34,208 nt of DNA from a virus (lineage: Duplodnaviria; Heunggongvirae; Uroviricota; Caudoviricetes), in the IMG/VR virus record IMGVR_UViG_2778261511_000013, one strand, 5' to 3'. Below, piece by piece: positions 1 to 9,009 of this stretch. The notes below the pieces were generated by a model that was not told where the DNA came from, did not search any database, and worked only from the letters and a program-made list of their open reading frames with translations. Every line of letters starts with the position of its first letter. Within the stretch, counting starts at the first letter, position 1. Both the position numbers and the translations under genes were made by a program.

Positions 1-705
1 TCATATTAGAACCTCCCCGAGTAAACATTCCCAACGAAATTTCTTCAGTTTATATATTTCTAAATTATCCCTAATTATTCCATCCTGCTTTGCTTTATCG
101 GCCCAACGATTATGAGGATGTACAGTCCCAACTAACTGCCACCCAGCACCTTTTAAAGATGCGCCTGTTTCACTGCTTAGAGTATAGGTAATAATTTTTT
201 CTCCTCCCATCATTTTCCAGATTGTGCTACATCGACTAATCAGAAAGGAGCAAGTTCCTTTTGGAGATTTGTCACTGACACATAATCGTGTAATCTCTGC
301 CGTCACACCATCCATGTACGTTGCAGATACGGGATTTCCAACTATCGCTACACCAACCAATTCATCAGAATCTATGTGGTAGGCAGCTATAGCCCATCTG
401 CCCGAATTCCTTGACGTTGGTCGATGGTGTCGATGATAAATAGAAACAAATTCATTTGCTTTTTTTATCGTTATAGGTTTTACATATAGTAACTTCGCCA
501 AAATCCACACCTTGTAACATGATGGTAATATCATTACAACAATACAAAACTTATTGATTTTTAACAACCAATTATAATGCCTAACCCCCATAGCACTACT
601 TATCTTGTCTTCAAAAATCAGCTCGCATCCTGCACAGTTCAGCGCATTACGTTGTAGATCTGTGTTCTGGTCATTTGTTGACACACGTACATAGCCAATA
701 AGCAT
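1..705 (-). CDS. chimeric ORF: invertase N-terminus (~36 codons) fused in frame to an unrelated domain with GNAT-acyltransferase-like motifs (possible Mom-like modification enzyme or toxin)
   Basis: Open frame from ATG at 705 (SD CAGGGAG 8 nt upstream) to TGA at 3..1. Residues MLIGYVRVSTNDQNTDLQRNAL...IFEDK match the Hin/Gin/Pin serine-recombinase N-terminus, then similarity stops. Downstream ...ELVGVAIVG...RLCV..KSPKGTCSFLISRC...TYTLSSETGASLKGAGWQLVG resembles GNAT motifs. AT-rich linker at about 480-600. Confidence 0.4.
   Translation of the reverse strand: MLIGYVRVSTNDQNTDLQRNALNCAGCELIFEDKISSAMGVRHYNWLLKINKFCIVVMILPSCYKVWILAKLLYVKPITIKKANEFVSIYHRHHRPTSRNSGRWAIAAYHIDSDELVGVAIVGNPVSATYMDGVTAEITRLCVSDKSPKGTCSFLISRCSTIWKMMGGEKIITYTLSSETGASLKGAGWQLVGTVHPHNRWADKAKQDGIIRDNLEIYKLKKFRWECLLGEVLI
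598..705 (-). pseudogene. DNA invertase (Hin/Gin/Pin-family serine recombinase) N-terminal remnant; catalytic core and HTH absent
   Basis: Only about 36 aa including the YVRVST motif with the nucleophilic Ser are retained; no recombinase sequence follows. Confidence 0.6.
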
Positions 706-759
706 GGTAGATCTCCCTGACAAAAGCAGGGATGATGCCATTTGCTCGTTATTTCTACA

Positions 760-785
760 TTTTCATAAACGTTGGTTTGGGAGAA
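760..785. repeat. invertase crossover site (hix/gix-like 26-bp dyad), one boundary of the invertible tail-fibre segment
   Basis: TTTTCATAAACG-TT-GGTTTGGGAGAA; 20/26 identical to the reverse complement of the site at 2591-2616; resembles hixL TTCTTGAAAACCAAGGTTTTTGATAA as I recall it. Confidence 0.65.
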
Positions 786-1238
786 GGTTCGGCATTACCC
801 GTTGGTGTGCCTGTTCCGTGGCCTTCCGCCACTCCGCCAACAGGCTGGCTAAAATGCAATGGTGCGGCTTTTTCTGCTGAAGAATACCCGGAACTGGCAA
901 AGGTTTATCCGACAAATAAATTGCCTGATTTACGCGGTGAATTTATTCGTGGCTGGGATGACGGACGTGGAGTGGATGCCGGGCGACAATTATTATCTTC
1001 ACAGGGGGATGCAATAAGAAATATTGAGGGATTCGCAGATGGCGGAATCGGTATGTCTTTTGATGCAATCAGAGGGGCTTTTTACGATGCAGGAACACGA
1101 TCAGCGAGAATGCCGAATAACACAACTACTATAGACAAAACCGATGACCTTGGATTCGACGCCTCTCGTGTCGTGCCAACAGCTAATGAAAACCGTCCAC
1201 GTAACATCGCCTTTAATTATATTGTGAGGGCTGCATAA
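786..1238 (+). CDS. alternate tail-fibre C-terminal (variable) cassette, silent in the current orientation
   Basis: Frame is continuous through the crossover site (..NVGLGE|GSALPVGVPVPWP..); contains ..GWLKCNGAAFSAEEYPELAKVYP.., typical of Mu S / P2 H-type fibre C-termini; no independent start or SD; stop overlaps the Tfa start (TAATG at 1236-1240). Confidence 0.6.
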   Translation, partial: GSALPVGVPVPWPSATPPTGWLKCNGAAFSAEEYPELAKVYPTNKLPDLRGEFIRGWDDGRGVDAGRQLLSSQGDAIRNIEGFADGGIGMSFDAIRGAFYDAGTRSARMPNNTTTIDKTDDLGFDASRVVPTANENRPRNIAFNYIVRAA

Positions 1239-1831
1239 TGAAACCTGTTTTTGATGAAAATGGGCTGGCTACAGTGCCGGGTGATATGCGTTGTTTTTAT
1301 TATGATGCAGTAACGTCTGAATATACGGGCTGGTCTGATGAATATATTAATACTGGCGTAAGTATGCCCGCCTGTTCCACTGGTATTGACCCGGGCGAAT
1401 ACATTCCGGGGAAAGTGGCAGTATTTACGGGTAAGGGATGGAGCCATGAAGAAGACCACCGCAATAAGACTGTTTACTCAATCGAAAATGGCGCAGCTGT
1501 TACAGTGGATTATATCGGTGCCATCAAAGACGGTTATGTCACGATTTCAGCGTTAACGCCATACGATAAATGGGATGGTGAGAAATGGGTGACAGACACT
1601 GAGGCACAACACAGTGCCGCAGTAGACGCGGCAGAAGCACAGCGCCAGTCACTGATTGATGCAGCAATGGCTTCCATTAGTCTGATTCAGCTGAAATTAC
1701 AGGCCGGGCGGAAACTGACGCAGGCAGAAACAACCCGGCTTAACGCTGTGCTGGATTATATTGACGCGGTGACGGCAACAGATACCAGCACAGCGCCGGA
1801 CGTCATCTGGCCTGAACTGCCGGAGGCGTAG
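1238..1831 (+). CDS. tail fibre assembly protein (Tfa) for the alternate fibre cassette
   Basis: 197 aa; C-terminal ..LNAVLDYIDAVTATDTSTAPDVIWPELPEA matches the Tfa family signature; follows the fibre cassette. Confidence 0.75.
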   Translation: MKPVFDENGLATVPGDMRCFYYDAVTSEYTGWSDEYINTGVSMPACSTGIDPGEYIPGKVAVFTGKGWSHEEDHRNKTVYSIENGAAVTVDYIGAIKDGYVTISALTPYDKWDGEKWVTDTEAQHSAAVDAAEAQRQSLIDAAMASISLIQLKLQAGRKLTQAETTRLNAVLDYIDAVTATDTSTAPDVIWPELPEA

Positions 1832-2243
1832 GCCATTCAATATCTGGCGCACCGGAAGTATCGACCAGTTCCAGTGCGTCCAGATAATCCAGCCACAAAT
1901 TATATTGCGCCAGTTCCTCACCTTTCAGGCGACCAATCGCCGCTTTACCAGGCCATTGCTTACTGTTTATGTATTCGTTGACCTGATTAATCAATTGCTG
2001 CTTTTCCAGTTCGGCTGCGGCAATTTGTTCCTCATGAGTTGGCGGTGGAATATCAATCCATGCAGGCATTCCGTCGATGACACCTCTGTATTTTCCTTCT
2101 GGTGCTTCCTTCATAAATTCGGCGGCAACAGTGTCGTCAATTTCGATTCCATCATCGGGCCATTCACCGGATTCCTGATAAGCGATTTTAAGCTCCACAG
2201 GGAAAAACGCATTTTTATCGGCACTGAAAATATATTTCTGCAT
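1803..2243 (-). CDS. tail fibre assembly protein (Tfa) for the expressed fibre
   Basis: 146 aa; C-terminus ..YNLWLDYLDALELVDTSGAPDIEWPTPP is Tfa-like; convergent with the + strand Tfa as in Mu G and e14 P segments. Confidence 0.75.
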   Translation of the reverse strand: MQKYIFSADKNAFFPVELKIAYQESGEWPDDGIEIDDTVAAEFMKEAPEGKYRGVIDGMPAWIDIPPPTHEEQIAAAELEKQQLINQVNEYINSKQWPGKAAIGRLKGEELAQYNLWLDYLDALELVDTSGAPDIEWPTPPAVQAR

Positions 2244-2245
2244 TT

Positions 2246-2959
2246 CTACCGTCCTATCGAAATATAACTGAATCTGTATTGCTGTGAGATATCACTGGTT
2301 GCCACACGCCACGCTGAATTACTGATATGTTCAAAATTTACAGACAAAACCTGCGGGGCAGGATTCGACGGGTCTGACTGAACGGCATCAGACATAACAC
2401 TGACTGAAACCATCGGCTGATTAGGGAATGGTATAGGGAAGTGTCCACTGATAAAGCGGGTCGTGTTTCCTGAAAAAGTGCCAAACTGAACAATATATCC
2501 ACCTGGTAGCCTGAACCATCCCGAACCAGAAGCGAATGCTCCCATATCCGGTATCTGATTATCTCCTGTGCCCACATCCCTTTTCGCCGCTTCTCCTAAA
2601 CCAAGGTTTTCGAGAGCCGTTTTCACCGTGCCATCCGATTTGATATCGCCAAACGGATTCTTGCGGCTCAGGTATTCAACAGCAAACCCCGATCCCAGCA
2701 ATTCAACAAAACCGGGCAGATCACCATTATCAAGCACATCCCGTTGCGTTTTATCACTTACAAACTGGGCCAGAGCTGCAGCAATAAAGCTGGCCTGCCG
2801 AATAACCTTATTGACTTGCGCACTGGAGGCTTTCCCTGCTGTAAATCCAGATAAAAGCGCGGGCAACGCTTCCCATTCCTCCTGCGATATAACATTGGCA
2901 TTTCGATCCGTTGCAAACGCTTTAAAGTCATTTTTCGCCATCAGAGTAATACTCCCCAT
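2246..2959 (-). CDS. tail fibre protein (constant N-terminal part about 2617-2941, variable C-terminal part 2246-2590)
   Basis: 237-aa ORF downstream of the baseplate genes; crossover site lies within the gene at the GLGE motif; likely start is the ATG at 2941 (MAKNDF..), overlapping the upstream stop (TGATG). Confidence 0.65.
   Translation of the reverse strand: MGSITLMAKNDFKAFATDRNANVISQEEWEALPALLSGFTAGKASSAQVNKVIRQASFIAAALAQFVSDKTQRDVLDNGDLPGFVELLGSGFAVEYLSRKNPFGDIKSDGTVKTALENLGLGEAAKRDVGTGDNQIPDMGAFASGSGWFRLPGGYIVQFGTFSGNTTRFISGHFPIPFPNQPMVSVSVMSDAVQSDPSNPAPQVLSVNFEHISNSAWRVATSDISQQYRFSYISIGR
2591..2616. repeat. invertase crossover site (hix/gix-like dyad) inside the tail-fibre gene
   Basis: TTCTCCTAAACC-AA-GGTTTTCGAGAG; inverted relative to the 760-785 site; encodes LENLGLGE in the fibre frame. 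Confidence 0.65.
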
Positions 2960-3621
2960 GCTCCTACATCAAAACCACTGATGAATTCGTTATCCATATC
3001 AAAACCAAAAAATTTTGAGCCTTCCGATGGGGTTTCCACCGAAGGTGTTTCAATGCCACCCGCCCATACCCCGGCGGCTTTTACTGTGAGATACCCCTGT
3101 TTAATTGCCGCAATTAACTCACGCGATACATCTGAAATATCAGTATCAGGAAAGACCCAGACCGATATCGTCATGTCCTGGTTATCGACTATCTGCATTC
3201 GCAGTCCGGATCCTGCTGTTGCCGCGTCAAGAATTGCCGGAAGCGAATCATTCCGTCCGTCCCAGTTATTAATCGCAATCTTCGCTTTAAGGATGACACG
3301 ATAAGTTTCATCGCTGAGGTACATGTATCCGGAATCAGGATCGTATGGCCCCTGCCATACACCCTGATCATATCCAAGCCCGTCGGTATCCCAGCTGAAA
3401 TAGACACCTGAAATAGGCTGGCTGACAACACGGCTACGTCCGATCCACAATCCCAGAATGTCAAGTTGCACACCAACCGCAGAGTCAATATCAAATGCAG
3501 TAATCAGCCCTCTGGTGGCAGCCGCAACATCAATAAGCGGCCGGGTCATCAGATCAACATGTGCAAGAAATTTAGGTTTGGTGGCGTGGTAGTTCGTGAT
3601 TAGTTCGGTGTATTTGCTCAT
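2941..3621 (-). CDS. baseplate/tail protein (P2 gpI / Mu gp48-like)
   Basis: 226 aa between the baseplate J-like gene and the fibre; position and size; overlaps the upstream stop (ATGA at 3618-3621). Confidence 0.5.
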   Translation of the reverse strand: MSKYTELITNYHATKPKFLAHVDLMTRPLIDVAAATRGLITAFDIDSAVGVQLDILGLWIGRSRVVSQPISGVYFSWDTDGLGYDQGVWQGPYDPDSGYMYLSDETYRVILKAKIAINNWDGRNDSLPAILDAATAGSGLRMQIVDNQDMTISVWVFPDTDISDVSRELIAAIKQGYLTVKAAGVWAGGIETPSVETPSEGSKFFGFDMDNEFISGFDVGAWGVLL

Positions 3622-4817
3622 GACTCCACCGTTATAACGATATTTTCCGGGGTACAGGACGCAGATTCGTTGTATCTGATATCAATGTTTGATGACGACA
3701 AAGCCCCCGGGGATTTCCCAATCGTCAGTTCCTGAATATCGTAATAGCGTGCATTCCCGCCACTCACCACGCCAAGATTCGCCGGTGAGTAAATGCGACT
3801 TAAAAGGACCGAATCACCAATCATCAGACTATTGATATAGTCGGAAATAGCCTGCTGGATCTGCTGCCCTATCTGTGAGGTATAACCCGTAAAAACTTTT
3901 AATTTAATCCGGGCATAAACAGGCACATCACTGGAACGCGAAAATTTGATTACATGGGGATTGCCGTATTTATCCGGAACCGTAACGGATGTTGTACCGT
4001 GAGTGGCTGTTCCCTGGCCTTTATTCCCTCTGATAGCCTGAGCAATATCCGTCACATCACCGCCATCCACAATTACAGCAACAGAGTGTGGCGGTAACCC
4101 GTTACCGTCCTCCGAACCATTATCGTTTTCATAGAGTTTGTGGCGGGTTACACCGGTAACATTAGAAACAGCACCATTCAGTGCTTCAAATGGGGTTATT
4201 GATGGCAACGCAACACTTTGCGACTGTCGGATACGTAACTCCGCATCAGTTTCTGCCGGAGTGCCCACAGTAGCCGCAGCAGGATTGGTTACCGAAACCC
4301 AGCCACGGGTTGGCGTATTAATTTCAGTGATAGTTCCAGCCAGCGCCGCCACTGCACCACTGACGGAACATGTTGCGGTCACCATCACTGTACCATCCAC
4401 GCCGACCACCACTGAAGCAGGCAAACGCCATATCACATTATTACTGTCTTTCACGCTGCCATTAATGATGGTTGTTCCGGCAGTTCCTGTAAGAAGCAAA
4501 TCAACCGTAGAGTTCGTCGCGCCTTTACGTGAAATACCATTTATTTTCACGTTACTGGTCAGTGCAGCCCCATAGCCAGTTGCTGGTGAAAAACAGTTGT
4601 AGACAGTTATCGCCATATTATTGGCATCATGAATCGCCAGCGCCATCAGAGCCACCATCTGGCCGTCTTTGCTGTCCGGTTCGAGGTAGGCATCACTGCC
4701 ATAAATCTGCTGAAAATAGCTAATCAGGGTGCTGAGTATCGTCTGATAATCAGGCGCACTGATCCCCTCCGCGGTTACCTTTGCAGATAAACCGAGAGAA
4801 TCAAGGTTCAGAGCCAT
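3618..4817 (-). CDS. baseplate J-like protein (P2 gpJ / Mu gp47 family)
   Basis: 399 aa; size, synteny (W-like, J-like, I-like, fibre) and general resemblance to baseplate J. Confidence 0.6.
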   Translation of the reverse strand: MALNLDSLGLSAKVTAEGISAPDYQTILSTLISYFQQIYGSDAYLEPDSKDGQMVALMALAIHDANNMAITVYNCFSPATGYGAALTSNVKINGISRKGATNSTVDLLLTGTAGTTIINGSVKDSNNVIWRLPASVVVGVDGTVMVTATCSVSGAVAALAGTITEINTPTRGWVSVTNPAAATVGTPAETDAELRIRQSQSVALPSITPFEALNGAVSNVTGVTRHKLYENDNGSEDGNGLPPHSVAVIVDGGDVTDIAQAIRGNKGQGTATHGTTSVTVPDKYGNPHVIKFSRSSDVPVYARIKLKVFTGYTSQIGQQIQQAISDYINSLMIGDSVLLSRIYSPANLGVVSGGNARYYDIQELTIGKSPGALSSSNIDIRYNESASCTPENIVITVES

Positions 4818-5170
4818 TACGCCTCCGATGTAACAGTCGTTATTCCATAAAGAGTGTCGATTTCAGCGGAAAACATGACACGTCGGGTCGTGGTATCCAC
4901 CGTCGTATTGAAAGAGAGGATTGATTTAACGCCCTGCGTTTCGAGGATGCGCTTACGGATCGCCAGGTTGTAGGTTTCCGGCTTCTGCTTACCGAGTACG
5001 GACTGGATCCACGGAGTCCCCTCGGTGGTGTCGAGAAACCATTGCCCATACCACAATTCGAATCGCGTTTTTACCGCCTGCGCCACGGCCTCCGGTGAGT
5101 TAATCAGCCAGGTGTCATCACCGCTGCCAAAGGTGTAATCGCCATCGGCGTCTTCACGTCTGTATCGCAT
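4817..5170 (-). CDS. baseplate wedge protein (gp25/W-like)
   Basis: 117 aa immediately upstream of the J-like gene with ATGA overlap; canonical position. Confidence 0.5.
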   Translation of the reverse strand: MRYRREDADGDYTFGSGDDTWLINSPEAVAQAVKTRFELWYGQWFLDTTEGTPWIQSVLGKQKPETYNLAIRKRILETQGVKSILSFNTTVDTTTRRVMFSAEIDTLYGITTVTSEA

Positions 5171-5922
5171 CAGTTTACTCCGTCGGTATTGCTTCCACCG
5201 CGCTGAACACCACCATGAGTGTGCGTATCATCAATTGGCTTGCCGTTAGCCTTCACGCTACCCAAAAACTCAACAGCACCAGTGATTTTTGAAGCCACAC
5301 CAGAAACCACAGACCCCACCATGCCACCCATCCAGGTTAACAGGCCATGAATGGTTACTTTCTCAGAAAAATCAGCCAGAGGGGCAACCACATCAAGACC
5401 ACCCGGAGCGACAATTTTAATTTTCCTGGTATCAGGATTAAGCTCAAAATAGGTGCTGCCGTCATCACTACGCAACTGTGTGGCACTGGTATTAATACCG
5501 CTAATCTTCCTTGCCTGCGACTGGGGACCGACAATACAAAACGCATCCGATAAATCATGCATTCTGTCATCGACCGGCTCCTGTATCCCGCCGCTCTGCC
5601 ACCAGAAATCAATACAACGATCGGCAAAAATCATCAAACATTCATCACCGGCTTTAACTGGGAACGTTAGCGTGCATCCTCCGCCGCGCGGGAATACCAC
5701 TGGCACATCCACCAGCAATGGGTAATTTTGGGTAATGCGGTTGCCGTCATTATCCTTTTCAACCGAACGGATAGCAGGCTGCACAACTGCCGTCACCGCA
5801 TCAGGATCGAATGACTGAATAATGCCAGGCAAGGCGACACGGATCTGGTTCTTTGTTGTTTCCCGTTCAGATTTGAATGTTTCGGCAAGGTCGCCGCTGC
5901 GGGTCTGGTCAGATACGGCCAT
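5170..5922 (-). CDS. baseplate spike/assembly protein (gpV / Mu gp45-like)
   Basis: 250 aa; Gly/Val-rich C-terminal tip region; position before the W-like gene. Confidence 0.5.
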   Translation of the reverse strand: MAVSDQTRSGDLAETFKSERETTKNQIRVALPGIIQSFDPDAVTAVVQPAIRSVEKDNDGNRITQNYPLLVDVPVVFPRGGGCTLTFPVKAGDECLMIFADRCIDFWWQSGGIQEPVDDRMHDLSDAFCIVGPQSQARKISGINTSATQLRSDDGSTYFELNPDTRKIKIVAPGGLDVVAPLADFSEKVTIHGLLTWMGGMVGSVVSGVASKITGAVEFLGSVKANGKPIDDTHTHGGVQRGGSNTDGVN

Positions 5923-5937
5923 TTAGTAGGCTCCAGA

Positions 5938-5968
5938 AAGCAAAAAACCCGCCTGGTGGCGGGTTTGA
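5938..5968 (-). terminator. rho-independent terminator (likely bidirectional) ending the tail moron
   Basis: Minus strand AAACCCGCC-ACCA-GGCGGGTTT followed by TTTTTTG; + strand stem followed by TTTGATTTAT. Confidence 0.7.
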
Positions 5969-5983
5969 TTTATAAGAACTTCA

Positions 5984-6157
5984 CTAACTATCTTTCTTGG
6001 GAAAAGTTGAAGGCTTGTCGTGATAGCTTTCCGTCATAATTTCGATATCCCCGAAAGGTACTCTAGCCATAATCTCTTGCTCATAGTTATCTAGGAAAGA
6101 GACCTCAGGCTCACTTGGTTTAGGTTGTGGTTCATTTTGGTCTTCTGGACAGGACAT
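5984..6157 (-). CDS. small acidic Pro/Glu-rich protein (57 aa), unknown function
   Basis: Translated by hand: MSCPEDQNEPQPKPSEPEVSFLDNYEQEIMARVPFGDIEIMTESYHDKPSTFPKKDS; ATG 2 nt after the upstream stop; missed by the 60-aa ORF cutoff. Confidence 0.45.
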   Translation of the reverse strand: MSCPEDQNEPQPKPSEPEVSFLDNYEQEIMARVPFGDIEIMTESYHDKPSTFPKKDS

Positions 6158-6159
6158 AT

Positions 6160-6690
6160 TCAAACCTTACTTATTAACATGCACGTTACAGAAATAATAA
6201 AAAATACAAATGACATAACCATCCATCGAAACAACTCATTTACAAACGCTGATTTTTCTTTATGGATTTTCTCGATTCTATCAATAGCCCTACCATACAT
6301 TATCAAATGAAATCTGACTGTGTCATCTCTACTACCCCTCAGAAGAAATTCATGTTGTTCAGGTGTTCGATGCACAGGCATTTTGGGAATATTTCTAAGT
6401 TCCCAACATTTCCATAAATAATAAAAACAAAAAACCAAACATACAAAACATGAACATAGACACAATAGAGACAATCTTGCGGATAGACTAGTCTTTAACT
6501 GTTGTCCCAGCTCAAAGGACCCAAAAACGGCTAATAATGCAGAAATCTCAACACCAAGCACAGCAAGAAGAAAATTAGCTTTGTCCTCTAACCGCCTGTA
6601 TGTTGTCTTAACTTCTTCATACCTGTCTCTCGAGTACGACAAAATCGTATCTACTTCAAGGCCAACAGCCTCATTCCTTTGATTGCACAT
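6160..6690 (-). CDS. three-helix inner-membrane protein (176 aa), unknown function; moron cargo
   Basis: Hydrophobic segments FLLAVLGVEISALLAVFGSF, LSLLCLCSCFVCLVFCFYYLW and VMSFVFFIISVTCMLI; markedly AT-rich compared with flanking tail genes. Confidence 0.6.
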   Translation of the reverse strand: MCNQRNEAVGLEVDTILSYSRDRYEEVKTTYRRLEDKANFLLAVLGVEISALLAVFGSFELGQQLKTSLSARLSLLCLCSCFVCLVFCFYYLWKCWELRNIPKMPVHRTPEQHEFLLRGSRDDTVRFHLIMYGRAIDRIEKIHKEKSAFVNELFRWMVMSFVFFIISVTCMLISKV

Positions 6691-6696
6691 ATTGTA

Positions 6697-7050
6697 TTAA
6701 TCGTCAACCTTCTTACAAGGAAACGAACCTATGATTCTCGGCGCATCCATGCTGTTCTGCAGTAGTTGGACATTCAAGAAACGCGTTTCGGTACCCGGAC
6801 GGCGAATGAACTCGAAACCGTAATTGTTACCGTCTTTGGCTGGCATAAGCCCCATATCCGCCTTCATTCCATTACCGTTGCCGAGCGTTTTGATTTTCTG
6901 GGAGGTAACTGTCTCACCATTAATCCTGAACAATGAATCAGGAATCAACTCTAATTTGTAGCCACCACACTGAAGCGTGACACCGCCAGGATTCGCAGCA
7001 AATGCGAACCCCGGAAGGAAACAGAGTCCAATAACAATCCACTTTTTCAC
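6697..7050 (-). CDS. secreted/periplasmic small protein (117 aa) with cleavable signal peptide, unknown function
   Basis: GTG start with strong SD (GAGGTAGGA); N-terminus (M)KKWIVIGLCFLPGFAFA|ANP has an AxA signal-peptidase I site; two Cys in the mature part. Confidence 0.55.
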   Translation of the reverse strand: MKKWIVIGLCFLPGFAFAANPGGVTLQCGGYKLELIPDSLFRINGETVTSQKIKTLGNGNGMKADMGLMPAKDGNNYGFEFIRRPGTETRFLNVQLLQNSMDAPRIIGSFPCKKVDD

Positions 7051-8117
7051 TATCCTACCTCACGCTGTAAAGACGACGCCGAACGAAGATCCGCCGCACC
7101 GCGCGCTTCGCACATCATATCCATGTACCACGCCTGGCCCCTTGTGTCGCCAGTGTACATAATCCCGCGCACAATATAAACGCCATCCGTTGCGATGCTG
7201 GCAGGCTGCGATATGGTGCCGCTTAGCGTAATATTTCCGTCCGTGTTCTGGTCGGTGATCTGCCCACCAGCCATAGCGATATCGTTGTTCGACAACGCGG
7301 TGCGATATACGGAAGCCTGATCCAGTTGAATGAGCCCATTAACCCGGATGTTCGGATTAATAAGCGCGCGGACGTTTACGCCGTTGCCGATGGTCTGCTG
7401 CGGCATGCCAATAAGCCCGGTAGCGCTGTTGAGCACAATCGCTTCGTGAACATATTCATTATTCACCACCATCTGGCGCTGACCATCCACGAATTGCCAT
7501 GTTGCGCCACATTGCCCGGCTACGTTATCCATTAGATGCCGCGTCATGCCAAAGAGCACCCGCCCCCGGGGGAATACAGTAGCAGGCATTTCAGGCGTCA
7601 GGCCTTCGGTCGCACCTTTGGCTTCGAAGTCTTTCATCAGCGCACGGTTCACATCAGCGACCGTGTAACCGGCAGCCAGCGTCTGTGAGGTTATACTGGT
7701 GGCAAAAGCCAGATCAGTATCTGCTGCCTGAATCAGGACGTAGGAATCAACCGGACTGTCTTTTCCTGTGACCGAGTAGCGAATTTCACCGCTGAAAATC
7801 AGTCCGTAGTTGCGGCCATCTCTCTGGCCCACGTCCGCCGCGTCAACTTCCCGCACGGTCCCTACGTCGCTTGCTGACACCTCCGGCGCGATACCGTCGT
7901 AACCGGCAATCAGACGCACTTTCGAAAATTCCTGCCCGGTGATTCGGTTCACAGTATCTGCCGAGAGGTTATAAATTTTGATAGTCCCTACCCGGGACGC
8001 GCTGCTGATGTTGAACCAGTCGATCGTAAAGGTGACTTTGAAATCACTTAGCTCAATTCCCTGACCGTTCCCGTCCACAAGCTGCAGCTCGAAATGTCTC
8101 ATCCAGTTCTGTGACAT
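7050..8117 (-). CDS. baseplate hub protein (Mu gp44 / P-like)
   Basis: 355 aa; position after the tape measure and small tail proteins. Confidence 0.45.
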   Translation of the reverse strand: MSQNWMRHFELQLVDGNGQGIELSDFKVTFTIDWFNISSASRVGTIKIYNLSADTVNRITGQEFSKVRLIAGYDGIAPEVSASDVGTVREVDAADVGQRDGRNYGLIFSGEIRYSVTGKDSPVDSYVLIQAADTDLAFATSITSQTLAAGYTVADVNRALMKDFEAKGATEGLTPEMPATVFPRGRVLFGMTRHLMDNVAGQCGATWQFVDGQRQMVVNNEYVHEAIVLNSATGLIGMPQQTIGNGVNVRALINPNIRVNGLIQLDQASVYRTALSNNDIAMAGGQITDQNTDGNITLSGTISQPASIATDGVYIVRGIMYTGDTRGQAWYMDMMCEARGAADLRSASSLQREVG

Positions 8118-8119
8118 GC

Positions 8120-8422
8120 TTACTCCGTTGATACCAGTAAATGACTGAGGCCGCCCAGATCAGTTTTCGTGGGATAATCCTGTGTGTTGTCATCGCAGAC
8201 CACCACCAGCTTAAAACCAAGTCCCATACAGGCGTACTGCGCCAGCAGGTCAGCACCAGTGACGAGAGGAATACCGGAGATTACCGGCTCCCCTCTGTCG
8301 TTCTGCAGGTCCATAATCCAGTACAGATCGCGCCATATGATGCTAATCCGCCAGGTAACACCACCCAGGACGATGCTGAACTGCTGGTTGTCCGCTGTCA
8401 GCGGAATTTCCTGAATTGTCAT
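8120..8422 (-). CDS. tail protein (100 aa)
   Basis: Tightly packed ORF in the tail operon. Confidence 0.4.
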   Translation of the reverse strand: MTIQEIPLTADNQQFSIVLGGVTWRISIIWRDLYWIMDLQNDRGEPVISGIPLVTGADLLAQYACMGLGFKLVVVCDDNTQDYPTKTDLGGLSHLLVSTE

Positions 8423-9009
8423 TAGCCGCCCCCCAGTAATGACGCCACGTTACCCGTGATGCTTTTCAGCAGTGAAGTATCTGGAGGCTTGGTGGTTTTG
8501 TTGCCGCTGTTCTGTACCGCCGACGTGCTAGCCCCTTCCTTCATGTTGGTTTTATCCGCGACGGTAATCTGCTGCGTCCGGGAGATAAGGACCTCCCTCA
8601 GGGTGAGGACGGCGGACAGGACGTTTTCGGTTGTCTTGTCCGTCGTCACTTCCAGCGCCCGGATCAACATGTTGCTGTACAGTCGTTTACCGGTTACCAC
8701 ATCGAAGGGGATACGGCTTTCCTGCAGATCCAGTAGCTCCTGATACGTCTGCTGAGGACTCAGGCCGAGCAGGCTGGTAGCCGTCAGATTACTGGCAAAA
8801 TCCAGCAATGCGCCGCCACCGGCGAAACCAACCTCCATCACCACTTCTGACGGTTTTTTATAGGCATGATCAGCGACAGCGGCCCCAACCTCTACCGGAT
8901 GCTCTGTTATTTCAAGCATATCTGTATGCTTCTCTGAAATAACAACACTGGGAACAATCATTCCTATTTTTCTGCTCTGCTGATGAAAAAGTGTAGAGAG
9001 AATATCCAC
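8422..9009 (-). CDS. tail protein (195 aa)
   Basis: Overlaps neighbouring genes by a few nt; directly downstream of the tape measure. Confidence 0.4.
   Translation of the reverse strand: MDILSTLFHQQSRKIGMIVPSVVISEKHTDMLEITEHPVEVGAAVADHAYKKPSEVVMEVGFAGGGALLDFASNLTATSLLGLSPQQTYQELLDLQESRIPFDVVTGKRLYSNMLIRALEVTTDKTTENVLSAVLTLREVLISRTQQITVADKTNMKEGASTSAVQNSGNKTTKPPDTSLLKSITGNVASLLGGG

Noticed and set aside
1-741. 246-aa ORF as an intact DNA invertase
   Set aside because: Only the first about 36 residues after MLIGY resemble Hin/Gin/Pin; the catalytic core and HTH are absent, so it is a remnant fused to other sequence.
4138-4575. + strand ORFs (4138-4575, 4529-4723) inside the baseplate J gene
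   Set aside because: Antisense to a well-supported minus-strand gene; biased, low-complexity composition.
6125-6310. + strand 61-aa ORF inside the moron
   Set aside because: Antisense to the 176-aa membrane protein gene; AT-rich shadow frame.
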